IMG/VR virus record: IMGVR_UViG_3300036828_000363
Span: 29,236-93,235 of that record
Source: a virus
Length of the DNA: 64,000 nt
Direction: 5' to 3' (one strand)
The position numbers and the translations under genes are program-made. The notes below the pieces were generated by a model, which had not been told where the DNA came from, did no database searches, and saw only the letters and a program-made list of their open reading frames with translations. Position 1 is the first letter of the stretch; each line of letters begins with the position of its first letter. Shown in pieces: positions 25,928 through 35,408 of this stretch.

Positions 25928-26439
25928 TCATGATTCCCCCTTCAAGATACGATTACGAAGCAATGTCAATACCGTTTATAATTCGTGTGAAAGATCGTGT
26001 GAAAGAATGGCGCGAGAAGACGTGGGAATATATCTGGCCTGTCTTAATATTTCTGCTTAGTCCATTTTTGTGGATCGCTCGTTTATTTCTTTCTATCTAC
26101 GTTCGAGTCTATATCCGCTTTTTTGCGATTCGTAGAGCGTCGGATAGAGCGACATGTCCCGCGTGTGGTATTCGTATGCCCCACAAGATGGCATACGATG
26201 GATTGTTTGAGCGATTGATCCATACATGTGCTAGATGTAATGCAGATTGGCCCGAAGCACCAGTACTACCCGCAGACAAGTGGAGAGTCGCTCGTCCAGA
26301 TTCGTTAATTCAAGCTCGTAGGCCAGATGTCCCAGAAATACCTTGGGGCACTAGTTCCCCAGAACCAGTTTCGATGACTACAACAAATGGTAGCTCGACA
26401 AATGGTACAGTGCCAAAGGTGGAAATTAAAGTCAACTAG
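25864..26439 (+). CDS. Membrane-anchored Zn-ribbon protein
   Basis: Hydrophobic segment, CPACG...CARC; probable start ATG 25930. Confidence 0.6.
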   Translation: MGEGSRYNWHICITNGAYNGLIMIPPSRYDYEAMSIPFIIRVKDRVKEWREKTWEYIWPVLIFLLSPFLWIARLFLSIYVRVYIRFFAIRRASDRATCPACGIRMPHKMAYDGLFERLIHTCARCNADWPEAPVLPADKWRVARPDSLIQARRPDVPEIPWGTSSPEPVSMTTTNGSSTNGTVPKVEIKVN

Positions 26440-26464
26440 AAGTGAAGAAGTAAAGGAGATTACT

Positions 26465-26716
26465 ATGCCCGTTCTCGTTAACTTGCTGATTTACTTTGTG
26501 ATTGCGGTGATCATCTTCGCCGTGGCTTTCTACTGCCTGCGTTTGCTGCCAGCAGAAGTTCAAAACATAGGTCGCATTGTTCTGTATGTAGTCGCGGCGA
26601 TAGTCGTGATCATACTTCTTTTGCAACTTGTGAATGGTGGCGGTGGTGCTTTGGGTGGTGCCCACCGAAAATTAGGACTAGTTTTAGAGTCGTGTGCTAC
26701 GTTACCTCTCACTTAG
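26465..26716 (+). CDS. Small two-TM membrane protein (holin-like)
   Basis: RBS AAGGAG; two hydrophobic helices. Confidence 0.6.
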   Translation: MPVLVNLLIYFVIAVIIFAVAFYCLRLLPAEVQNIGRIVLYVVAAIVVIILLLQLVNGGGGALGGAHRKLGLVLESCATLPLT

Positions 26717-26809
26717 GATTGCCATGGACGTAGCATCGATAAAGGGTGGGATAATCGGCATGGGAAAAGGCCTCTCACCCTTTCTTCTTTTCAAAAGAAT
26801 TGAGACCAT

Positions 26810-29701
26810 ATGGGCAAGAGTAATTTCAAAGACGCAGTCAAACAGCGACTGACTCCACAGGTACGCAGTCTGGGCGCTGCTCCCCCCGTAAGTGTACCTG
26901 CGAGCGCGCAACTCCTCGGGTTAGGGGAGATACTTGCGCCGGGCGGTAGCCAGACGGTTGAAGATATTGCGAATGAGTACTGGTTCTCCGCGCTTCAACC
27001 TATTAGGCCAATGGCGCCTACTAGCTACCGCCCAAGACAACGAGCGTTTACTCCCGGTGAAAATATCATTTGGACTCCGGGTGATGACAAAGGCGGAATT
27101 GACTACGACATTCTCAGAGTGCTCGCGGATTCTTGGGATATACTTCGCCTAGTTATCGAGACGCGTAAAGATCAGCTAGCTCGTGCTCCTTGGGAGATTC
27201 GTCTAAAGACTAAACCCGGAGATATGAAGGCAGACATAGAGAAAGCCGCTCAGACTGACAAAAACATTATAGCGTTGTCTCAATTCTTCGCGTGCCCAGA
27301 TGGTTACCACAACTATAGACAGTGGCAAAGAATGTGGATGGAAGATAGCTTTGTGATTGACGCAGTCGCGCTATATCTTGAACGGGATAAAAGCAAAAAG
27401 ATTGCTTCAGTCCATCCATTGGATGGTGGAACCATCAATCGTATCATTACCGATCAAGGTTTCACACCACCAGCACCAGATGTAGCATATCAGCAAGTCG
27501 TCTATGGCACGCCTGCATGTAATCTGTCTACAGATGACATGTTATATGTCATGCACAATGAGCGGACTCATCGTAGATATGGTTACAGCCCAGTTGAGCA
27601 GATACTTATTACCATTGGTCTCGCGTTAAAGAGGCAAGAGTTTCTAACCAAGTATTACACGGATGGCAATATACCAGAGGCGTTGTGTTTTCTTCCTGCA
27701 TCTCTTAATCCGAACCGCATTCGTGAGATTCAAGAATGGTTCGATTCCATCATGGTTGGTGACATAGCGAAGCGTAGGCGGTTAACCTTCCTTCCCGGCT
27801 ACGGTTCAGGACTACATGACGCTCATCCTAACCTAGTCTTCTCAAAAGAGACTTTGCTTAAAGACCCGATGGATGAGTGGCTAGCTCAGATAGTTTGCTA
27901 CGCGTTTTCTGTATCGGCACAAGCGTTCCAGAAAATGATGAATAGAGCAACTGCTCAAGTCGCGTCAGACAGCGCGTCAGAAGAAGGATTGGAACCCGCT
28001 TTAAACTTTGTCGCGGACGTTAACAACGACATCATTGCGAAAATGGGATTAGGGGATAAGTATGAGTTTGCCTACAAAGACAAACGGGAGACTGATCCAC
28101 TAAAGCAAGCACAGATCGATGGACTGCTAACTGGAAAGATCAACACCATAAACGAAACCAGAAAAAGACGTGGTGATGATCCATACAACAGTCCAAACGC
28201 GGATAAGCTCGGGGTGTTTGGAGTCAATGGTTTTATCCCATTAGATACTCCGCCACCACAACCACAACCGGGAGTGCCCGGTTCGTCTCCATTTGGTGGT
28301 CAACCGGGTAAACCCGGTGATCAACAACAAGAACAACAAGGTAAACAAGGTTCTGCGCCAAACCAACAAGGGGCTGGCTCAGATAAGGGGAAGAATCCAA
28401 AAGCGATATCCGGCGCAGATGGTTCTTCCCCTAAACAGCCCCAGAACGGTAAGCAGAAACAACCGCCACAACTTCAAGCTCCGGGGAAGAAACAACAGAC
28501 GCCCGGTGCAAATGTCAATGTAAATGTCAACGTTAAACATAAGCAGGAGAAAGTAGAAGGTATCGAACTATTCTCTGCATTCTCTGGTGCCTATGAACCA
28601 CTGATGAAATACTCCGAAGATGAAGCACGCGATGAACATGGCATGTGGACATCAGATGGTAGTAGTGGTGGAAGCAGTGAAGGTGAAGGTTCTTACGCCG
28701 CGTCTTACCATAATGAAGCAGACTTTCAATCGACTGAACCCGGTTCGCGTAGCAATCCAATCGCGTGTGGCGATGACATAGGAAAAGCGCAGCAGCTTAT
28801 ATCTGAAGGTAAACACGTCACCCTGAATCAACCAGATCAAATAGCGTCATTGGTTGAGAAGATGAAAACAGAAGGTGATGCTGCAAAAGCCGCAGGTAAG
28901 CCAGTTCCTAACTGGAATATAGCAGACGTTTCAGTTCCGGGAACCAACCTATTCGCGCAAGAAAACTTGGGGATTCCAAGAGTCAACATGCCTCAGTTTT
29001 CGGGACTCGCAGAACCCGGTTCACGTGCTGCGGCGCTTTTGCCTAAAGGCGCGGATATAAAGACTGCTCAAATTGATGTATCCTCTCAGTTCATCAAGTC
29101 GCTTGAAGATGAAGGAATCAAGTCCACTGATGAAACCGTGCTTGCGTCTCATCTTAGAGCGACACAAGGAGAATTGGATGGTTGGAAGGTTGGTTCAATT
29201 GCAGCTAGGATACAAGCAGGTCAACTACCAGAAGCACCTATCTTCGTAACCAAAGACAATTACATTCTTGATGGGCATCATAGGTGGGCTGCAATCATTG
29301 TCAATGACGTAAGGTCAAAATTTGGCACTACGACTATGCCAGTCCATCGCTTAAACATTGACATAGGTACTGCGCTAACTAAGTCGATGGACTTTCAGAA
29401 GGAATGGGGAATTGGTGCTAAAGGAATGGGACAGGTGATGAAGCGGTACGTTCTACAGAGTGATGGATCAGTCTTAGTAGAAGACTTCAGCACGAGGCAC
29501 ATGACCAAAATTATTCGGGTGAACGGCAACATGGAAAAAGGAAAATTTGTTCATCCTGAGTTAGGTGACCTAGCTAACTTTGAAAAGTTTTGTGCCTATG
29601 ACCCGGAGACAGGAACGATTTACATTCGAGGCGATGTTGATGAGAGAATTGCTTTCTCTCAACTAAAAACCGCTTATCCTCAATTGAATATTGAACTATG
29701 A
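26810..29701 (+). CDS. Portal protein fused to Q/P-rich linker and ParB/sulfiredoxin-like domain
   Basis: Position after terL; YGYSPVEQ, YYTDGNIP, TINETR; C-terminal LRATQGEL...YILDGHHRWAA. Confidence 0.88.
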   Translation: MGKSNFKDAVKQRLTPQVRSLGAAPPVSVPASAQLLGLGEILAPGGSQTVEDIANEYWFSALQPIRPMAPTSYRPRQRAFTPGENIIWTPGDDKGGIDYDILRVLADSWDILRLVIETRKDQLARAPWEIRLKTKPGDMKADIEKAAQTDKNIIALSQFFACPDGYHNYRQWQRMWMEDSFVIDAVALYLERDKSKKIASVHPLDGGTINRIITDQGFTPPAPDVAYQQVVYGTPACNLSTDDMLYVMHNERTHRRYGYSPVEQILITIGLALKRQEFLTKYYTDGNIPEALCFLPASLNPNRIREIQEWFDSIMVGDIAKRRRLTFLPGYGSGLHDAHPNLVFSKETLLKDPMDEWLAQIVCYAFSVSAQAFQKMMNRATAQVASDSASEEGLEPALNFVADVNNDIIAKMGLGDKYEFAYKDKRETDPLKQAQIDGLLTGKINTINETRKRRGDDPYNSPNADKLGVFGVNGFIPLDTPPPQPQPGVPGSSPFGGQPGKPGDQQQEQQGKQGSAPNQQGAGSDKGKNPKAISGADGSSPKQPQNGKQKQPPQLQAPGKKQQTPGANVNVNVNVKHKQEKVEGIELFSAFSGAYEPLMKYSEDEARDEHGMWTSDGSSGGSSEGEGSYAASYHNEADFQSTEPGSRSNPIACGDDIGKAQQLISEGKHVTLNQPDQIASLVEKMKTEGDAAKAAGKPVPNWNIADVSVPGTNLFAQENLGIPRVNMPQFSGLAEPGSRAAALLPKGADIKTAQIDVSSQFIKSLEDEGIKSTDETVLASHLRATQGELDGWKVGSIAARIQAGQLPEAPIFVTKDNYILDGHHRWAAIIVNDVRSKFGTTTMPVHRLNIDIGTALTKSMDFQKEWGIGAKGMGQVMKRYVLQSDGSVLVEDFSTRHMTKIIRVNGNMEKGKFVHPELGDLANFEKFCAYDPETGTIYIRGDVDERIAFSQLKTAYPQLNIEL

Positions 29702-32700
29702 GTTTATTCGCCGTCAATCTCGATTCTAAGGTTGTACCGTTTGCGGTAGCTTTGCATGAAGGTCTAGAGACAGTTGAAGGTTTAAAGGCAAGGACTAAAG
29801 CAATGTGCTTTAGGATTGTTGCGAAAGATTACAATGAAGATGAAGCACGTGATGAGCAAGGTAGATGGACATCGACTGGTTCGGTTGAACTGTATAGTCC
29901 TAATGTAGAGGAAAACCTGACATTTGCTGACGCTCAAAAACGTTTGGGTGGCGCAGATCAAGCACGTTTTCGCTCTATCGCGAATGGCATTGATAAACAG
30001 TTAGGACTTCAAACGAAGTCACAGAATGCGATTGGTGATTGGAAAGATGGTGCAGAGAATTCTGTAGTCACTTACGTGAAACCGGGAATGGACTTTGACA
30101 CCGTTCGGTATTCAACTGTCATCAAGGGACTATCAGCAAACCAAAAAGCAGTCGTCGCGTTCAACGTTCAACCCGGTGGTGAGGATTCCATATACCACTT
30201 TCACACAGACGGGAAAGCAAACGATGTACGGAACGTTTTAGATGTTAATGGATTGAGTTTCCGCACATTGGTTCCGGTAGAGAGTGGAACTGATGTTGTG
30301 ATCTTTGATCCCGGAAGAAAACTACAAGCGAATGTAGAGAAGGTAGCAGAGCATTATGGGACGCAAGTTGATCAATACGACGGAAAAGGCGAATACATCG
30401 GCGGAGACACCAGAGCAGAAGGTGCAAAGCAGTTTAAAGGAATCATCAAGTCCTACGAGCAGTCGCATACGCAACGTTACGTCGAACCAAAAGGGCGCCG
30501 CATGGCAGCTCTTAGGCGTGCCTACGACGAAGCCCGACTCCAAAAGCGACAGCTAATCATTCTCGGTAAATACTCCGAAGAGCAAGAGCGAGTACCCGCA
30601 GGTTCACCAGAAGGTGGACAGTTCGGTGCTGCGTGGGCGATGAGTCGCGATGAATACACGGGTGGATGGAAACCCGATGAGACGGATGATCAAAGACAGG
30701 AACGGCGCGACAAAGAACAAGTCTGGGAACAAAAAACACTTGCCGCAGTTTCAGAAGGGAAACTAGACCCAGCAATGGCGGAGGCGCGTGGTGCAGGTCT
30801 CAATGTATCCGGGAAAGTTTTTCAACCACTTCCTGATGTGCCTTTGTATCACGTTACTACTGCCGCAGATGCTGTTATAGCAGACGGTCTCAAGTCTAGG
30901 TTCGAACTAAACATGGGACAAGGAACCGGATTAGGTGGTGGTGATGACAAGAGCATAAGTTTCGCAGCTGATCCAAAAATTGGTGGTGAAATTCGTGATG
31001 CTATGTTAGAAGCTCACGATGTCGCGAATGGAAAAATCTCAGTTCAGGACATGCTAGATCAAGCAGCGAAAGGTGAAGGCACGCCTAGTCCTTATTTGAC
31101 GAATACTGTTCGTTGGGGTAGTGCTAATCTTGCTGGTAGTCCTGATTGGAATCCGGGTGATCCATATCCAATGGGATTAGACGCTTTGATTCATGGTAAT
31201 GAATTGAGTCCAACTAAATTTGGTGGATACTCAGAAGAAGATATGCCCGGTTGGACTCCGCGCAAAGACAGTTATAGTTGGATGGGTGGCGATGGTAAGA
31301 TGCGCTACAATACTTTCGAACGACCAATGAGCGCAGAACAATTACGCAGTGATACATTCGACTTCTACAAAACGTTTTCCGCAGTCAGAGAAGACGCGGG
31401 TGGCAGACTTAATCCACTTTTCTTTTCCTCAGACCTAAAGGCGTTTGCCGCGACTCCCAAAGATCAAATTCAGCTATTGGAGTTCAAAAAGCAACCCGGT
31501 GCTATGGGTGTTAGTTTGTCTGCTGGTGGTTTGGGTGAATGGCGTACTTATAGTGGTAAGGCAGTCAAGTATGTAGGTCGGGTGACTAAAGCATCGTTAC
31601 CAGAATTAGTCAAAAAGTTCAACGAGCGTTTCTTGATGGAGTTCGGAAAGGCGTTCGTATTTCTACCTGAGCTATCAAAATACTCAGAAGATCAAGCACG
31701 AGTACCAGCGGGTTCACCAGATGGCGGACAGTTCACCAGTGGTGAGGGTGGAGTTAGCTTTGACCCGAAGTCAGATCAGAAGACTATTGAAGCATACAAG
31801 AAAGAAAGTGGTTGGGTTCCATCCCGCTCAACGCTTCATGAGAAAATCATCAATAGTGATTTAGCTGGAAAGGAACCTATAAGTGATCCACCAGTCGCGA
31901 CAATCTTAGGTGGTGGAACCGCGTCAGGCAAATCTAGCTTATTTAGGGAGATGAGTAAAAACCCGAATGTAGTTCACATCGATTCTGATGACGTGATCAA
32001 GCAATTACCAGAGTGGGAAAAGCTTAGGATGGTTGATCCTCAGAACGCGGCACCCCGTTTGTATGATGAAGCGAAAGTCGTGTCCAAAGACTTGCTTGGG
32101 CGATCAGTTTCTCGGAACTTAGACTTGATCTATAACGGAGTGGGTTCAAAACCTACTACTTTAGCGATGGTGAAGACACTTAATGATGAAGGGTACAAAG
32201 TCAATGTCGCATATGTTGACCTTCCGGTAGATACTGCTATAGAGAGAATGTTTAGTAGGGCAGCTAATCCAAACGATGCGGATTTTGGTCGTCTCGTTCC
32301 ACTGGAATTAGTCAGATCGAGCAATCAGGGTGCTGCGGAAAACTTCATGAGGTTGAAAAACATGAATGAAGTCAGTTCCGCGACTCTGTATAGCAATATC
32401 AATAGACCCCGGACTCTAGTCTTCACCAAAGAAAATGGCAAAGAGACTATTCACGATCAGAAGCTATGGGATGACTTCGTCAAGAAGACATCGGGGATGA
32501 AAAAGGCTGCTGACAATCGGAAGTACGAAGATGAGCACGACATTTTCTCTGAACCAGAAGATGTAGAGGACTTGAAGCGTTATATCGAAAAAGAAAAGCA
32601 AAGACTAAAAGACAAAAAAGACAAAGGCAAAGAAAAAGAAGCGAAGAAAGTTTACAAGTCAGTTGATCCTGCTACCGGAGAGGTAACACACAAGTTCGGA

Positions 32701-35151
32701 CTAGTTCAGGTGATCATCCCGCAGGATTCGGACGTAGCACTTGGACTAAAAACGATTCAAGAACTAATTCCGGATAGCGACCTAATGGGTGAAGGGAAAG
32801 AAGACGAACCACATGTAACCGTTCGCTATGGAATACTACCCGGTGCTGACATATCTAAGCTACGTGATTACCTTGCTTCAGTTCAACCGTTTGAAGTGAC
32901 CACTGGTAAAATCACTGCCTTTTCCCCTAGTAAGAATTCAGACTGGGCGTGTCCATTAGTAGTTGAGATAGATTCCAGTCCGACGCTCACTAAGTACTCC
33001 GAAGATCAAGCAAGAGATGATCATGGTAGATTCGCAAGTGAAGACGGAGCGCCATCGACAGATAAACCAGTTACGCTGGTATTCAGTGGCACTTTCAATC
33101 CGCCTCATATGGGACACGTACAAGCTGTCACCGACGCGCTCAATCACATGAAAGACAATGGCTATGATGTCAAGAATGTGGTTGTGGTTCCCGCGCCACA
33201 GAGATTAGTCGATAAGAAGTTAGGTGATAAAGCGTATCCATTGGATGAACGTGTAGAGCTTGCTCGTCGTACATTTACAACTGACACGGTCAACCATCCT
33301 AACGTTACTGTAACTGGGGAACCATCTGATGCCGCAGACAAGTTGGAAGGAAAACTAAAGCGTACACACACCGCAGATTTTCTGCAATCGAAATACCCAG
33401 ATACTTCCGTGGTCACTATCACTGGTGAGGATTCCGCGCCAGGCGCGAATCCACCAAAGGCACCAGCTCTATACTCCGGTGACAAAGGAACGAGTCACGA
33501 AGGGCACTATTACTTCAACGCGCCACGCGCAACAGAAGGCGGTTTCAGTTCAACTGCAATTCGTAATGCAATCCGCGAAGGTAAAGAGTTACCAGCGGGT
33601 ACAATGCATCCCAACGCGGTTAGCTATCTTCCGTCTCTCTTTGAGCACCACCCCGGTATCAAGAAGGTTCTCAAATACTCGGAAGATCAAGCACGAGATG
33701 ATCATGGAAGGTTCGCGAGCGAAGGTATTGCCATAGACAAAGTCTCTGAGTTGAATAGTAGTCACGCACGTGGCCCGGAAGACAAAGAATTGAAGGGATG
33801 GGCAGAAACTTATGCTCACTTTCAAAACTCGAAAGACCCGAGAGAACAAAATGCCTACAACGCAAGTATACTCGGTGAGCATATTTCCGAAGAATTGATG
33901 GAACAACAACATTGGGAAGATGAGCATCCCGGCCCGCGTGGTACACACGTTCTGATTCTCAAGGATGATAAAAATACCATTGTAGGCGCGCTACAAACAT
34001 ATGATGGTAAGAGGGACGAACCATATACCGTGTCTTACCTCGCAACTAATCCTAAAATTATCATGGGCGATATGGCATACAAAGGTGTTGGTACTACACT
34101 CATGATTAAAGCTGCAAATGACGCAGCCGCATTAGGTAAGGGAGTAGAGCTTTATGCGCTTGAAGGTGCCGAAAGCTTTTATTCCAAACTGGGTATGGCG
34201 CGTAGCGTGACTAACATTGGACAGGTTAAGTTTAATTGGACACCGGAACAAGCTGCGTCTTTTGCGAAGCATGGTATGACTAAGTTCACGCAAGATGAAG
34301 TTAGGAAAATGATAGCTGCGGCAATAAAAGAGGAAGAGACTACACCGCCACTCGCGTCGATTCCGGAATCTAAAAAACTTGGTAAGTACTCCGAAGATCA
34401 AGCGAGAGACTATCATGGAAGGTTTGCGAGTGAAGACGCGACTCCAGAAGAGCATGACAATCATTTAGCATCCACTCCAATAAAAACCATCTCTACTCTG
34501 GGCGGTGGAGTCACTGACACTCGCATGGTTAATTTTGAAGATGGTACCAAAGGTGTATTTAAACCGGACAGTGGCGAGTCTAAAGGTCAACGCTTTGACA
34601 TCATGGAAGGTTATCAGTCAGCGCGTGAGGCGGGAGCATGGGAAGTCGCGAAGGCGGTTGGGTTAACTGATCTAGTTACGCCTGCTATCGTTCGTACCAT
34701 TGATGGAGAAAAAGGTGTGGTACTGGAATGGCAGAATGGAGATATAGCTCGGAACTTGACCAACACCAAAGCTTTTGATGGAGATGACGATTTAGCTAGA
34801 GCTGCAGCGTTCGATTATGTCATCGGTAACGAAGATCGGCACCCCGGAAACTGGATTGTGCAAAACGGAAAACTCAAGCTAATAGATCATAGTTTGTCAT
34901 TTCCCGACAGGATGTCTTATAGTTCCGGTGGCAATGGTATGTTTTTAGATATGGCTGAAAGACGGTTTGATCCCAACTTGGAAAAGACTCCATCTACCTA
35001 CGCCGCTGACTATGAAAAGGCATGGCCCAAGATTCAAGAAAGACTCAAGGCAGTTGGACTGAATGACCAAGCTATCGGTAGAGTGCAAGACCGTATTACT
35101 GATCTTGGAAAAACCGACAAGTGGGGAAAGTTGACACAAGTATGGCGTTAA
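29698..35151 (+). CDS. Large polyvalent head-associated protein (zeta-toxin-like P-loop kinase, half 2H phosphoesterase, HxGH nucleotidyltransferase, GNAT, PI3/4-kinase/HipA-like)
   Basis: GGGTASGKS; EPHVTVRYG; FSGTFNPPHMGH; YKGVGTTLM; VFKP...DYVIGNEDRHPGNW...LIDHSLSF; domains separated by KYSEDQARD motifs. Confidence 0.85.
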   Translation: MSLFAVNLDSKVVPFAVALHEGLETVEGLKARTKAMCFRIVAKDYNEDEARDEQGRWTSTGSVELYSPNVEENLTFADAQKRLGGADQARFRSIANGIDKQLGLQTKSQNAIGDWKDGAENSVVTYVKPGMDFDTVRYSTVIKGLSANQKAVVAFNVQPGGEDSIYHFHTDGKANDVRNVLDVNGLSFRTLVPVESGTDVVIFDPGRKLQANVEKVAEHYGTQVDQYDGKGEYIGGDTRAEGAKQFKGIIKSYEQSHTQRYVEPKGRRMAALRRAYDEARLQKRQLIILGKYSEEQERVPAGSPEGGQFGAAWAMSRDEYTGGWKPDETDDQRQERRDKEQVWEQKTLAAVSEGKLDPAMAEARGAGLNVSGKVFQPLPDVPLYHVTTAADAVIADGLKSRFELNMGQGTGLGGGDDKSISFAADPKIGGEIRDAMLEAHDVANGKISVQDMLDQAAKGEGTPSPYLTNTVRWGSANLAGSPDWNPGDPYPMGLDALIHGNELSPTKFGGYSEEDMPGWTPRKDSYSWMGGDGKMRYNTFERPMSAEQLRSDTFDFYKTFSAVREDAGGRLNPLFFSSDLKAFAATPKDQIQLLEFKKQPGAMGVSLSAGGLGEWRTYSGKAVKYVGRVTKASLPELVKKFNERFLMEFGKAFVFLPELSKYSEDQARVPAGSPDGGQFTSGEGGVSFDPKSDQKTIEAYKKESGWVPSRSTLHEKIINSDLAGKEPISDPPVATILGGGTASGKSSLFREMSKNPNVVHIDSDDVIKQLPEWEKLRMVDPQNAAPRLYDEAKVVSKDLLGRSVSRNLDLIYNGVGSKPTTLAMVKTLNDEGYKVNVAYVDLPVDTAIERMFSRAANPNDADFGRLVPLELVRSSNQGAAENFMRLKNMNEVSSATLYSNINRPRTLVFTKENGKETIHDQKLWDDFVKKTSGMKKAADNRKYEDEHDIFSEPEDVEDLKRYIEKEKQRLKDKKDKGKEKEAKKVYKSVDPATGEVTHKFGLVQVIIPQDSDVALGLKTIQELIPDSDLMGEGKEDEPHVTVRYGILPGADISKLRDYLASVQPFEVTTGKITAFSPSKNSDWACPLVVEIDSSPTLTKYSEDQARDDHGRFASEDGAPSTDKPVTLVFSGTFNPPHMGHVQAVTDALNHMKDNGYDVKNVVVVPAPQRLVDKKLGDKAYPLDERVELARRTFTTDTVNHPNVTVTGEPSDAADKLEGKLKRTHTADFLQSKYPDTSVVTITGEDSAPGANPPKAPALYSGDKGTSHEGHYYFNAPRATEGGFSSTAIRNAIREGKELPAGTMHPNAVSYLPSLFEHHPGIKKVLKYSEDQARDDHGRFASEGIAIDKVSELNSSHARGPEDKELKGWAETYAHFQNSKDPREQNAYNASILGEHISEELMEQQHWEDEHPGPRGTHVLILKDDKNTIVGALQTYDGKRDEPYTVSYLATNPKIIMGDMAYKGVGTTLMIKAANDAAALGKGVELYALEGAESFYSKLGMARSVTNIGQVKFNWTPEQAASFAKHGMTKFTQDEVRKMIAAAIKEEETTPPLASIPESKKLGKYSEDQARDYHGRFASEDATPEEHDNHLASTPIKTISTLGGGVTDTRMVNFEDGTKGVFKPDSGESKGQRFDIMEGYQSAREAGAWEVAKAVGLTDLVTPAIVRTIDGEKGVVLEWQNGDIARNLTNTKAFDGDDDLARAAAFDYVIGNEDRHPGNWIVQNGKLKLIDHSLSFPDRMSYSSGGNGMFLDMAERRFDPNLEKTPSTYAADYEKAWPKIQERLKAVGLNDQAIGRVQDRITDLGKTDKWGKLTQVWR

Positions 35152-35408
35152 CCTGTGAAATTCTCGTGACGAAGTTCAACAAACAAGTTTTAGCAGGTTT
35201 AGTTGTGTTGGATGGTCAGAAGGTTTCACTATCGAAGGTAGCCAAAGACTATCAACTTCTCATGGACTCAGTGCTAAATGATCCAATCAAGCTCAATGGT
35301 CGTCAGGTCACAGCGCGAAGTGACCCTGAAGAGTGGTTTCGCGCTTTGCCTTCTGTTTTAAATGGGACGTATCTACGTGCTCGTATTACTGATGCTGGTA
35401 CAAAGTGA
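35142..35408 (+). CDS. Small protein downstream of kinase domain (immunity candidate)
   Basis: Homologous by eye to the N-terminal ~80 aa of 38311-39858. Confidence 0.7.
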   Translation: MALTCEILVTKFNKQVLAGLVVLDGQKVSLSKVAKDYQLLMDSVLNDPIKLNGRQVTARSDPEEWFRALPSVLNGTYLRARITDAGTK

